Source of the DNA: Candidatus Poribacteria bacterium
Lineage (GTDB): Bacteria > Poribacteria > WGA-4E > PCPOR2b
DNA length: 64,000 nucleotides
NCBI GenBank assembly: GCA_965215015.1
Contig: OZ244042.1
Span: 5,408,001-5,472,000 of the forward strand
Direction of reading: 5' to 3'
Positions within the stretch are counted from its first letter, which is position 1, and each line of letters starts with the position of its first letter. A program made the translations under genes and the position numbers. Positions 20,901 through 28,955 of the stretch are shown one piece after another. Below the pieces are notes generated by a model. It was not told the origin of the DNA. It saw only the letters and a program-made list of their open reading frames with translations, and did not search any database.

Positions 20901-21893
20901 ATCCTCATTTCGATGAGCGTTGAAGCGACGGTGACTTTCACCGGGTATGCGTGGGACGACGGCGCATCAACCATCAATCTCACCGCCGGTTCTAACCTCA
21001 TCGGTCTACCCGTCAACGATGCGAGACTGACCAATGTCAGCGACATTGCCGCGCTGTTTGCTACCGGCGTTGTGGCCAGTGTCGTTGTTTCAACAGCGGA
21101 TGGATACAAGTCCGTTGCAGCGGCAGGGGATGTAAATGATGGACCGGTCATGGGCGATGCTGCCTATCTGGTCACAGCGACCACCGATGCAACCGCTGCT
21201 CTTATCGGAACCGGTTGGAGCAACGACACGGCGGCGGCTGCCCCTAGCGGCTTGGTTAGCCATCAGGTGGCCGGTCAAACCCCCGTCCTTGATGTCAACG
21301 GTTCGGTCGTTGATGAGACCACCGGAGTGGTGCAGGACGGATTCCGGGTCAAGGTGAAGAACCTGTCCACCAAAGCCGCACTCAACCGGGTGACCTCCGC
21401 AGAGACAACAACAGGCTACAACATGACCTTTGTTGACCTGAAGGTGGGTCATGCGGCACAGGTTGGGGATGTCCTGGAGATTTCGGCAGATTCACCCAGT
21501 CCGTTAATCGGCGTCCAGCCGGTGCGTCATATCGTTACCATTGACGATGTGAAAGCCACGCGTATTGAGTTGGCAGACCTCATCGCCTATGAGATTCCGT
21601 CAGAGACGGAGCTGCTGCACAACTATCCCAATCCATTCAACCCCGAAACGTGGATACCGTATCGGTTAGCATCAGATGCGGAGGTCGTCTTGACCATCTA
21701 CGATAGCACCGGTCAGGTGGTGCGAACCCTTGATATGGGGCATCAGATGGCGGCGGTTTATGAGTCGAGAGCCAAAGCCATCTACTGGGACGGGCGAAAC
21801 CGTTTCGGTGAACAGGTAGCCAGTGGCATCTACTTCTACAGCCTCAGTGCAGGAGAATTCTCGGCAACCCGTAAGATGATGATTCTGAAGTAA
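14976..21893 (+). CDS. 2305-aa exported protein with Ig-like repeats and a C-terminal FlgD-Ig/T9SS-type sorting domain
   Basis: Signal peptide; about 8 repeats of 'G.G...P..V.AG....L.F.YTA.G....G.V...IP.GW'; C-terminal 'NYPNPFNPETWIPY...WDGRN'. Confidence 0.85.
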   Translation: MIKRLNQRNVNFQKLSVFFVISLMLFVGLFINEAAPQGLIFSDLMSFQFFPVGGTDEVAPQEERIPLDAIEYGSTYWMKAYYTTHNDDGKQGFRLDIPDELELVDPRNTLSIRVRAFHTSYSNSVLSSGTPPPNEVSGWFPGVTNYLQRYTLARDHTNVAAGPKVPPSLGYPPGDEGDGVIYGNPSYHKGWFAEVPYAYEMSYSEDPPDLSDQNQKGVFVNENRITIRQSADDLEAVAQNPRNNDHKMDAPVVRVHYLITCKVRFPAVKPISTTYTFSYEVQTEDDGWRPLNTTSLNVQNLPSRFHRFETSTTPPDVTHNSRLLIFDPQNRAPVYGPHGSSGKPDDMSVTEYIHSRRQTGTPSDANFYVTVRGSASVQVGWGFREAAGDPLPDITVATDVDVEESTLPLAAGSLRNVLKFIYRPTADNLSGGRFRIAFPAGGWKVSNKFLSVIDGDTEIYETDGDGNVSADSDTDRVTFEADKRITVALDSAWGPQRGDRDLIIQFGDVTAPIPPRLPDTDNDAGDQNTNVAYFTYQFLYSESTRNSVLGPLPSQPGVRVGDIIGGGTDRDPLERKLTIEPGRVFPGETDTEFTLTFTAPGPMYDSSLHIRYSGGAAHLGPQDAPVREDFKVTGRGQPKPILGSETAPINFSNVGGAALLLDIPIIKLDTGQQIIVSYTREAGIGDGTDAGTDPFILPEITADTVIGSTIARYVNNDEDWAADIGADDVEVSGGVWVAAAGSGKLDLSPASVEAGSQRRDITLTYTAYTDLEGITLTIEPKGIVIDDDTQQLQTDTSTDYGYVSGSEGFVVNDGDTLEWSGLDLEKGKTVTARIRRVNILAEADEYEWGVMVDGEELANDTTTDIDDRPILSVVKTSGDAVRFEVDGEDTFRAGSKAKINFKFIADSTPIRDGEVRLTIPSTLGSPPTKADATAGEVAVEGDADKSGGAGDIGADQITVSGRTITVAIGRLDVGGSVTIKYGAADDSQAVLHHVAGAVQVSGTFRTSSGASTRTAGTATVTLSNVEDGTGTAVLSPGTIEAGSSNRAIEVVFTAAGTMDGGAVSLGIPDGWGAMQNDPTQRNYVTTRGAGVSAVEITDRHAIATIDTLSKGGSFRFIYGGGTGAAVGAEVQDNVGTAQFVIKSDGDGDGVFAALTSDLEHTGREQIRNPDKTQKIYKDADGVLQVKVTSALDGTGTVTLDTPSVRAASDDVKLVFIYKPSQTIEDGELRFTVPSSWSQPQVEEVSLPGYTEVDGVGLGSVMDDDKFSVTVPIFSLDKANEITITYGATEAGRAVASATTGVDAFRFAVQGGESGNLAPIRTQPTVTVNPQASGKGKAVIAVTDGEGTLHTGDTGRELTVTYTAVGQMVGGKVRLEVPAGWSAPTAETVAITPAIPPTFSGQMAIVEGVNLSANGTVTFVYTGDVQPKVGTGVAFAVGVDGGDAADKFDNVSGDETMLTVDVDEARQGAGSGEVTPRIVDAGATGVNLTFTYTAVGIINAPREFRVQVPIGWTAPSSAAMDPENKGTYTVAHRHMGVATTVSVEKLAPVGRDMVARVKLGGLEVEAGDEIIFTYHNADAPANREVSEFVMLFDGRQVGSNVSVRVQASTPSQLTLSSAGTVSADDGAMPLGITVGLRDADGHEVAMASDVAVTLTSSSAGTFSELAEGTGTESITVTVAGGDVSAMVYYQDSTPGIATITATAPGLTMASQPVTVTTSVVAITEGSVTIEPALAMAGDTVTVSAMGTAGRTVMFSVGSIVTDRSMAEVSSGAYSGSFTVVADQHADGMYDVSVSLNGQGAMVSNALTLDSTMPTVMAMAAPDTVANGEPVEISATVSDASSITSVMADVSMLDTTQTDAVSLTMGADGSYSASVVVSEDNTAINGAKTITVTAIDAAGNSGSGTAMVTLDNMLSYTSTIPAGTSLFHVPLAVEGLNTVGDLREMLGSDANLLIVYDSATDLWNSRSDDVPITPDLGILISMSVEATVTFTGYAWDDGASTINLTAGSNLIGLPVNDARLTNVSDIAALFATGVVASVVVSTADGYKSVAAAGDVNDGPVMGDAAYLVTATTDATAALIGTGWSNDTAAAAPSGLVSHQVAGQTPVLDVNGSVVDETTGVVQDGFRVKVKNLSTKAALNRVTSAETTTGYNMTFVDLKVGHAAQVGDVLEISADSPSPLIGVQPVRHIVTIDDVKATRIELADLIAYEIPSETELLHNYPNPFNPETWIPYRLASDAEVVLTIYDSTGQVVRTLDMGHQMAAVYESRAKAIYWDGRNRFGEQVASGIYFYSLSAGEFSATRKMMILK

Positions 21894-21952
21894 CCGGATG
21901 GTGAGGCCTCTCCTACCAAGTCATTCGTAGGGGGCATCTTCCTGACTTAGAT

Positions 21953-22002
21953 ATAGCTGTTGAATGCCTCATTGCGAAGAGGCATTCAACAGCTATTTTT
22001 TT
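21953..22002 (+). terminator. Rho-independent terminator
   Basis: 18-bp perfect stem ATAGCTGTTGAATGCCTC/GAGGCATTCAACAGCTAT followed by a T-run. Confidence 0.9.
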
Positions 22003-22246
22003 GTACGAATAATAAATCCCGTTGTATGAATCTTGACCTACGGGGTTTCTCCGTTAGATAAACCAGTGACAACCCATTGCCATATCGTCCCTGAAGTTTT
22101 TCATAGCGTCCCACCTGCAGTAGTATTGAAAAATAAAAAAGCCACCTCCCGATTCCGCCTTTCTCCCGCGTGTGAGAGAAGGGTACGAATCAAAGAGATG
22201 GCTGATTTGGCGAAGTTGGCATCTCGCAGGTACGAAATGCGAATCC

Positions 22247-22450
22247 CCTACGGTTCTGTATCCATTTTTCGCTCGCGTTGCTCCTGCTCAGGAGATCGCC
22301 CTTCAGGGGCGGTTAAGCGTTCAACTTGCCGAGCCGCTTCAGGATCAGACTCCCGTAGTCGGCGTAGCCCCTCCTCTGAACCGTACTGGTCAATCAACTG
22401 TTGCGCCTTATCAAAGCACTCCGGGGATAACCCTTCGCCTAACTCCGCTT
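22247..22450 (-). pseudogene. Orphan C-terminal fragment paralogous to the 23719-24906 protein
   Basis: Reads LSPECFDKAQQLIDQYGSEEGLRRLRESDPEAARQVER..., versus ISPERVDKARQLIDQYGSEEGLRRLRKSDPEAARRFER in the paralog. Confidence 0.8.
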
Positions 22451-22491
22451 TCCTCTTAGTTAATCAACTTCGTTAATCAAATATAAAGTAC

Positions 22492-22926
22492 CTAATGGTG
22501 ATAATGGTGGCTCACAGCTAAAAAGCCCCCGAAGGTGAGGATGCTCAAAACAACAACTATAACTATAGTGAGAGGAACGGTTGAAGACTCTCCCGATATT
22601 ATCCTTTTTAACGTTTTGAAATTCTTAAACACACACATGACCCAGTACGCCAGAATGGCTATCATCACAGCAAAACACACATTCTTGACATAATCAGAAC
22701 TTCCCCCTGCCAAAATGTACCACCCAAACAAACCGCCAAACATACACGCCAAGAGGGATAAGGGGCCAAAATCGTACCATTTGTAGTGCCATATCCAGTT
22801 GCCAAAACCTACCAGAAACACGGCAGTACACGCCAGATATGGCTCCTCAAGTCCACCAATATACCACCCCAACCCGCCTAAAAACGTAATCTTTAAGACA
22901 GATAAGGGAACAAAGTACCATTTCAT
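22492..22926 (-). CDS. Small polytopic membrane protein, copy A (candidate immunity or partner protein)
   Basis: AAGGAGGT RBS before MKWYFVPL; several TM segments; ends HHYHH. Paralog of 26775-27203. Confidence 0.75.
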   Translation of the reverse strand: MKWYFVPLSVLKITFLGGLGWYIGGLEEPYLACTAVFLVGFGNWIWHYKWYDFGPLSLLACMFGGLFGWYILAGGSSDYVKNVCFAVMIAILAYWVMCVFKNFKTLKRIISGESSTVPLTIVIVVVLSILTFGGFLAVSHHYHH

Positions 22927-22951
22927 GGGGGTCACCTCCTTTGCCAAGGAA

Positions 22952-23266
22952 TCAATTACGGTCGCTAGAAGTGCAGCGACCATGGAGCCACCTCTCCGAC
23001 AGCTCACAAGTATAGAATGGGTGATAGGCTGGACATGTCGTAGAGTGATCCGCGTTATGTTGCCCGCATCCCCCACATCTGTTTGTCCAAACTGCGTATC
23101 CCAGCGCGAATAACCCCAAAGCTATACCTGAAACTTTTACCCACCCTGCCTCTACCTCTTGCGGCTCATGTACCAGGGGCATCGCCAGCATCGCAACCGC
23201 TAAAAACATCATCAAAAATTGACTCACCCGTCGAACGGCGAACCAAGTATTCATTGTCTGAATCAT
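22952..23266 (-). CDS. Secreted Cys/His-rich peptide, copy A
   Basis: Signal-like leader ending VEA, then a hydrophobic helix, then CGGC..H..H...C...H...C...H..C. The start codon is uncertain. Confidence 0.7.
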   Translation of the reverse strand: MIQTMNTWFAVRRVSQFLMMFLAVAMLAMPLVHEPQEVEAGWVKVSGIALGLFALGYAVWTNRCGGCGQHNADHSTTCPAYHPFYTCELSERWLHGRCTSSDRN

Positions 23267-23421
23267 AAATATTATACATCCCCCTTGCAAAAGTTATCAA
23301 GAAAAATTAAGAATTTGCCTCAGGATTCATGAGAGTGACGTATCCTAAGGATTAACCTGATTGCGTCCAACCCTATTAGGGCAAATCGAAAAATTCCAGC
23401 GGTATTGCCCGAGGCAACGCA

Positions 23422-23585
23422 TTAATACGGATTTAGCTCTTGTCTCGACACAATCTGTCTGAGGCGTTGCATTCCAGCTGCCATTCGTGACTTGACCGTA
23501 CTGACGGAGCACTCCAAAACTTGGGCAATCTCGTGCAATTTCATGTCGTGGTAATGGCGCAGTGTAATAACGACTCGCCAATCTT
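23422..23585 (-). pseudogene. Duplicated 3' fragment of the ECF sigma factor (region 4)
   Basis: 'LPKDWRVVITLRHYHDMKLHEIAQVLECSVSTVKSR', paralogous to the C-terminus of 27715-28296. Confidence 0.85.
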
Positions 23586-23648
23586 TCGGCAAAGGCACGA
23601 GCGCGGCTCGGTGTTGGCTTTCGCAGCCGGGTGGGGAGCAGAAGACAC

Positions 23649-23693
23649 AAAAAAGCGGTCTCGCCACCGGGGGTTAATGGTAGAGAGACCGCT
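23649..23693 (-). terminator. Rho-independent terminator after the 23719 gene
   Basis: AGCGGTCTC...GAGACCGCT stem; the plus-strand A-run gives a U-tract on the minus strand. Confidence 0.7.
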
Positions 23694-23718
23694 ATAGAAA
23701 AATGTATGAAAAATCGTT

Positions 23719-24906
23719 TTACTTGCTACCGTGCTGATTATCCCCATCAGGCGCATCACGCCCCTTATTCTCCTCCTGCTTGTTCTGGGATACAGGAGGA
23801 TGCCGCTCAAACCGCCGAGCCGCTTCAGGGTCAGATTTCCTTAACCGCCGAAGCCCTTCCTCTGAACCGTACTGGTCAATCAACTGTCGCGCCTTATCAA
23901 CACGCTCCGGGGATATTCGCTCTTGGTCTGAGGTTCCTTGGCTTGACACGGTTTCTGGCTCTGATGGAACAGGGGGCTGTCTCTCTATCTTGCCTTTGGG
24001 TACAGGTTCAGATAGATATGAAGAGTTATCAACACCCCCCAGGTCAATTTCCCAGTTATCAGAAGGCGGTTTATCCCTCCCATCATCGACAGCTTCGGAC
24101 CCATATAAGTCGGGACGCTCCGCTCGTAAAAAGGATTCAAACTTCGGAATTTTACGTAGAAAATTAAAATTGATTTTCGTTTCCTCGGCTGTCATTGGCT
24201 CGCCTTCTGGCTTTACAACCAACTCCTGATTCGCAATGTGGCTTTCGACTGCTTCCATAGATATATCCAAAGTCCGTGCCCAAAGTGCTTTTTGCATGTA
24301 CAGGTCCCGGTCCACACCACTAGGAACCTCAAATACCTTCCCATCAATATTAATTTCCGACCGCTTGTCTCTCAACAAATCAATATACGCCTGTGAGACC
24401 CGATCCCCTTCCCGAATCTCTTCGCCAGGCGGAGCGAGAATCTTCACGACTTGCCCATCCGGAAGGGCGATCCACTGTGTCACCAGCTCATCCGTATTCC
24501 ACGTCCGCCCCACTTCCACCGGCGGCGGTGCCCCTTTGCTCATCCTGAGTGCATGGTGTGGATCCCCACCCGTATATTTTGCCACTATTTCTGGCGAGAG
24601 CACCTGTACCTTTACTATCTTTTTTGAGGCATCAGGCTTGTGAGTATTAGCGGGCTCCATTTGTCTAGTAGCGAATCCATTTGTCGCCGATGCAGTATGA
24701 TTACCCTTCTGTGTGCCTTGCCGATCGGTCGAATTTCCCTCCGTTTGAATATCTTTATCAAGGGACTGGTGGAATGCCACCGCTTTTGATACCAATTCCT
24801 GAACTTCAACATAGCTTTGGTATTCTCTATAGCCCACATACGAGATAGGAAACAACGCGAGAATACCGGCCACAACAAGGTAAGGGGTAAAATGACGAAT
24901 TGACAT
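23719..24906 (-). CDS. Membrane-anchored hypothetical protein with a 'QLIDQYGSEEGLRRLR' C-terminal motif
   Basis: AAGGAG RBS before MSIRH; N-terminal TM; long ORF. Confidence 0.75.
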   Translation of the reverse strand: MSIRHFTPYLVVAGILALFPISYVGYREYQSYVEVQELVSKAVAFHQSLDKDIQTEGNSTDRQGTQKGNHTASATNGFATRQMEPANTHKPDASKKIVKVQVLSPEIVAKYTGGDPHHALRMSKGAPPPVEVGRTWNTDELVTQWIALPDGQVVKILAPPGEEIREGDRVSQAYIDLLRDKRSEINIDGKVFEVPSGVDRDLYMQKALWARTLDISMEAVESHIANQELVVKPEGEPMTAEETKINFNFLRKIPKFESFLRAERPDLYGSEAVDDGRDKPPSDNWEIDLGGVDNSSYLSEPVPKGKIERQPPVPSEPETVSSQGTSDQERISPERVDKARQLIDQYGSEEGLRRLRKSDPEAARRFERHPPVSQNKQEENKGRDAPDGDNQHGSK

Positions 24907-24978
24907 GATTATAATCTCCTTGTGAAAGCTGGTGCCACCGTGGAACATTGACACGGTGGCACCAACTCTGGAAGAACT

Positions 24979-25362
24979 TCAATTATTCGTGCTGCAACCC
25001 GAATTCGAGCAAGAGCCCGACCAGGAATTAGTAACGGTTCTAACACTTCTGCTTGTGCTTCTATACTGGAGTGACCACGATCCATTCGACCGCGCGTGGT
25101 AATGGTACTTAATGGTTATGATCGCAACAGTCCGAACAACCACATGCGTCACTATATTGCCTTTATAACAGGTTCCACACGTCTGTGTGTCTGTGTATGA
25201 ATCATCTGTGCGAATAAAGAGTTTAGTTGAACTCGTTGATGTGCGTTGGAAAATATTCGGAAACCAATTATGTCCATAGACATTATATACCGAAAAAACT
25301 GCGATCGCCAATATTCCGACAATAAAAAACATTACTTTGAAACGCCGTGAAGCCAACATCAT
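24979..25362 (-). CDS. Small secreted Ser/Thr-rich protein with CxxC and C-terminal CxxxxC
   Basis: AAGGAG RBS; signal peptide ending VYG; CGTC and CSNSGC. Confidence 0.7.
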   Translation of the reverse strand: MMLASRRFKVMFFIVGILAIAVFSVYNVYGHNWFPNIFQRTSTSSTKLFIRTDDSYTDTQTCGTCYKGNIVTHVVVRTVAIITIKYHYHARSNGSWSLQYRSTSRSVRTVTNSWSGSCSNSGCSTNN

Positions 25363-25420
25363 AGATTCTCCTTGGTAAAAGTTATGTTCTGTGGAGCAGA
25401 AATAATCTCTACTTGAAATT

Positions 25421-25936
25421 TCATTGTCCCCCTTCTCCAGTAGGGGCGGTAACGGGGGTTGCCCACTTTATGTTACCCGCCTGATCCCGGATGACAATAC
25501 TGGTTCCTATTGGAGGTTCTCCAACGAATAAGTTAAGCGCAGCTTTCCCATTTGACAGGATAGATATCGCATTAATGTTTTCATGAGAGAAGAGGCTCAC
25601 CCCCGTTTGATTTGAATGATCTAGGACACTTATACTATGCTGCCCCTCGCTAGCCCATAAGTGTAGCCCCGGGCGCCCTTTTTGATCATACAGCAGAATA
25701 TGATTTGCCTCTTCCATGGCATTTAAGACAATCGCTTTTTTACCTGCTTTATCCACCACCGTTAGCTGACGGCACTGAATCTCATCAAATACCGATGAAG
25801 CATCGGGATCCTCGGAATGGGACACGCCATTTCTTTGTGCAATCAAAGGGAAGCCCCCCATTGCCACCATCACTAGCACAACAAACGTTATCACCGATCC
25901 CAGAACAGCATAGCGAATCTTCTGTGTGTTGCTCAT
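25421..25936 (-). CDS. Membrane-anchored beta-strand-repeat hypothetical protein
   Basis: N-terminal TM; repeated 'I.L.D..G.....L' units. Confidence 0.7.
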   Translation of the reverse strand: MSNTQKIRYAVLGSVITFVVLVMVAMGGFPLIAQRNGVSHSEDPDASSVFDEIQCRQLTVVDKAGKKAIVLNAMEEANHILLYDQKGRPGLHLWASEGQHSISVLDHSNQTGVSLFSHENINAISILSNGKAALNLFVGEPPIGTSIVIRDQAGNIKWATPVTAPTGEGGQ

Positions 25937-26034
25937 AAGGTTCCCTCACATGAAAGATTTATACCTTAACAGGTAACAACCTAGACGCTTATTAGGGCAA
26001 GCCCTGACAAGCCGCGTAACAATCCCATCTGAGA

Positions 26035-26730
26035 TTACTCACCTAATAGTGAACGAACTTCCTTCATGATTATATCCGCTGTTTCCTGTCCCAAGTGCTC
26101 CGTGAAATGGTCATGAGCACGGACTAACGCATCTGCGCGCACGGCTGATGGCAGCTTTAAAAAAAGCCCACGAAACTCCCTTAGAAACTCCCTTTGTGCT
26201 TCTCTCCCGATTTTTCCAAGCTCCGACTGCTCTAGAGGACTCAACGCCTCGATTTCCGCTCTCGAGAGATTCGCAAGCTCAAGGAGTTCGGGATATTTTT
26301 CGTAGTGGGCCTCCGTTAATTTTTCTATTTGTAATCCTATCTCTGCGATATGTGCTTCCTCTGCAGCCGCTGCATCAAACGCGCTTTCAGAGAGGACAGG
26401 ATCTTCCGAAAGCTCTGTCAGAAAGACATCACCCCCATTAGAGAAGGTATCCGGTTCATAATCATGGTCATCAGCAGCGTCGAGATCTTCATCATACGAC
26501 CCCGCCGCGGCTGAGGTGGAGGTTGTGTGTGCCGGCACCGGTTGAAACGCAGGTTCAGGCTGCACCGACGGCGATTCGGATCGCTCCGGCACCACATAAA
26601 TGCGTTCCGGCACCGGTTCAGCCGTGTGTTGATGGTAGAGATAAATTCCCCCTGCGAGGAGCGGAACACATAGGACTCCAAGCAGGACGCTCCCCTTTGT
26701 GTACTTCGCCATTTTTGGAAACATAATCAA
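26035..26730 (-). CDS. Membrane-anchored hypothetical protein (acidic linker, helical C-terminal domain)
   Basis: 231-aa ORF with an N-terminal TM, co-oriented in the cluster. Confidence 0.7.
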   Translation of the reverse strand: MIMFPKMAKYTKGSVLLGVLCVPLLAGGIYLYHQHTAEPVPERIYVVPERSESPSVQPEPAFQPVPAHTTSTSAAAGSYDEDLDAADDHDYEPDTFSNGGDVFLTELSEDPVLSESAFDAAAAEEAHIAEIGLQIEKLTEAHYEKYPELLELANLSRAEIEALSPLEQSELGKIGREAQREFLREFRGLFLKLPSAVRADALVRAHDHFTEHLGQETADIIMKEVRSLLGE

Positions 26731-26774
26731 TTTTCCTCTTGGTTAATCAACTTCGTTAACCAAATATAAAGTGC

Positions 26775-27203
26775 CTAATGGTGATAATGGTGGCTCACAG
26801 CCAAAGAGACCGCGAAAATGAGACCGATGAGAACGGTAACTATAGCGACAGGAGCGTTTGAAAAAATACTCGACATGGTTCTTTTTAACCCTTTGAAATC
26901 CTTAAAAACGCACATGACCCAGTACGCCAGAACGGCCATCATCACAGCAAAACACCCCTGCTTTAAATAATCAGAACTTTCCCCCGCCCAAAAGTACCAC
27001 CCAAACAACCCACCAGACGTAAACACCAAGAGGGATAAGGGGTCAAAAAAGTACCATTTCTGTACCCGTATCCCGTTGCCTATCCCCACCAGGAACACGA
27101 CGGTACACGCCAGATGTGGCTCCTCAAGTCCACCAATATACCACCCCAACCCCGCTAAAAATGTAAACCCTAAGACAGATAAGGGAACAAAGTACCATTT
27201 CAT
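26775..27203 (-). CDS. Small polytopic membrane protein, copy B
   Basis: AAGGAGGT RBS; MKWYFVPL...HHYHH. Confidence 0.75.
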   Translation of the reverse strand: MKWYFVPLSVLGFTFLAGLGWYIGGLEEPHLACTVVFLVGIGNGIRVQKWYFFDPLSLLVFTSGGLFGWYFWAGESSDYLKQGCFAVMMAVLAYWVMCVFKDFKGLKRTMSSIFSNAPVAIVTVLIGLIFAVSLAVSHHYHH

Positions 27204-27228
27204 GGGGGTCACCTCCTTTGCCAAGGAA

Positions 27229-27564
27229 TCAATTACGGTCGCTAGAAGTGCAGCGACCATGGTGCCACCTCTCCGAGAGCTTACAAGTATAGAATGTGTG
27301 ATAGGCTGGACATGTCGCAGAGTGATCCGTGTCATGTTGCCCGCACCCGCCACATCTGTTCGTCCAAACTGTGTATCCTAGCGCGATTAACCCCAAAGCT
27401 GCTGAAGCAATTCCAAGAACTTTTACCCACCCTGCCTCTACCTCTTGCGGCTCATGTACCAGTGGCATCGCCAGCATCGCAACCGCTAAAAATATCATCA
27501 AAAATTGACTCGCTCGTTGAACGGCGAACCAAGTATTCATTGTCTGAGTCTGAGTCATAAACAT
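27229..27564 (-). CDS. Secreted Cys/His-rich peptide, copy B
   Basis: AAGGAGG RBS; leader ending VEA; mature part GWVKVLGIASAALGLIALGYTVWTNRCGGC... Confidence 0.75.
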   Translation of the reverse strand: MFMTQTQTMNTWFAVQRASQFLMIFLAVAMLAMPLVHEPQEVEAGWVKVLGIASAALGLIALGYTVWTNRCGGCGQHDTDHSATCPAYHTFYTCKLSERWHHGRCTSSDRN

Positions 27565-27714
27565 TATACAGCCTCCTTGCAAAAGTTATCAAGAAAAATT
27601 AAGAATTTGCCTCAGGATTCATGAGAGTGCCGTATCCTGAGGATTGGCCTGATTGCGTCCAACCCTATTAGGACGAAACCAAATAATCCCGGTAGAAGCA
27701 CTTGATGCAATACC

Positions 27715-28296
27715 TCAATAGGGGCTTATCCCTTGTCTCGACAAAATTCGTTTGAGCTGTCGCCTCCCTGCCTGCACCCGCGACTTTGCGGTACTGACAG
27801 GACAACCCAAAACTTGGGCAATTTCGTGAAATTTCATGTCGTGGTAGAGTCTCAGGGTGGTTGCAATCCGTTGATTTTCTGGCAACTGTTCCAATGCGAA
27901 GCATATTTCGCGCTGGATTTCTTTTTTTTCCAGAACCACGTCGGGTGTGGATGAATCGATGAGGCTGCTGTCAAAACCTTCAAATACCGACGTCAGATAA
28001 CCGCCCATCGGTATCTCTACTTGATATCCTTTTTTGGCAAGATTATCCAGGCAGAGATTTGCCGCAATTCGATACATCCATGTGGAGAATTTCGCCGTTG
28101 GACGGTAGGTCTTGGCAGAACGATAGATACGGAGAAGGACCTCCTGCCGCAAGTCTTCTGCTAACCCGATGTCATTGACCATTCGATAGCAGTAATTCAG
28201 CAGCGGCTCCTTCCAGCGTTCGACCAATACCTCAAACGCACTCGAATCGCCCATCTGAAACTGGCGTATCAAAACCTCATCCGATCTTTTTGCCAT
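27715..28296 (-). CDS. ECF-family RNA polymerase sigma factor
   Basis: Region 2 'AEDLRQEVLLRIY...FSTWMYRIAAN' and region 4 'EIAQVLGCPVSTAKSR'. Confidence 0.93.
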   Translation of the reverse strand: MAKRSDEVLIRQFQMGDSSAFEVLVERWKEPLLNYCYRMVNDIGLAEDLRQEVLLRIYRSAKTYRPTAKFSTWMYRIAANLCLDNLAKKGYQVEIPMGGYLTSVFEGFDSSLIDSSTPDVVLEKKEIQREICFALEQLPENQRIATTLRLYHDMKFHEIAQVLGCPVSTAKSRVQAGRRQLKRILSRQGISPY

Positions 28297-28590
28297 GTTA
28301 TCCTCGGACTGACTGGTTAATAAGGTTAAATGGCTGGGTTAATCAGGCTAACGGGTAAGTTGTAAAAAAGACGAGATTTTTTGAGAAAAAAAGGCTCATG
28401 TTAAGAATTAAGAAATGGTGCACCAGAAACCGGCCCTCCCCCGCAAGCAGGGGGAAGAGAACCGTGTGGATATTCGGGATTAGAGGGGGGCTCGGTTTCT
28501 CTTCGCGCTTTGCACGCTCTTTTTAGCTGGGGTCCCTTGCGTTTTACATTTCACGTTTCACGCACAATATGGTATCATACTTAGACGCTT

Positions 28591-28955
28591 GAGTTGGGTA
28601 GGTGATCGCGTTCCGAGAGATCGGGATGAGGAAAGTCCGGACTCCGCAGGGCGGGATGCTGGATAACCCCCAGGAGCGGCGACGCTATGGAAAGTGCAAC
28701 AGAAAGGAGACTACAACGCTTCTGCGTTGTACAGGTGAAACGGTGCGGTAAAAGCGCACCAGTTCCGATGGTGACATCGGAAGCTAGGTAAACCCCATCC
28801 GGAGCAAGGCCGAATAGGAGGATATGTGAGGCGCGCCCGCCTCGTCCTCGGGTATGGCTGCTTGAGGTTGCTGGTAACATCAATCCTAGATGAATGATCA
28901 CCGCCTTGATGCGCGAAAGCAATTCAGGGAACAGAAACCGGCTTATTCCCAACTC
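28591..28955 (+). ncRNA. rnpB: RNase P RNA (type A)
   Basis: GAGGAAAGTCCGGACTCC, GGAAAGTGCAACAGAAA, GGTAAACCCC and ACAGAAACCGGCTTA motifs; P1 helix GAGTTGGG/CCCAACTC. Confidence 0.97.

Noticed and set aside
22449-27875. Diversity-generating retroelement TR/VR pair
   Set aside because: Differences between copies are not adenine-specific, include synonymous changes and indels, and no reverse transcriptase is in the window.
28581-28952. 123-aa minus-strand ORF
   Set aside because: It is the antisense shadow of rnpB.
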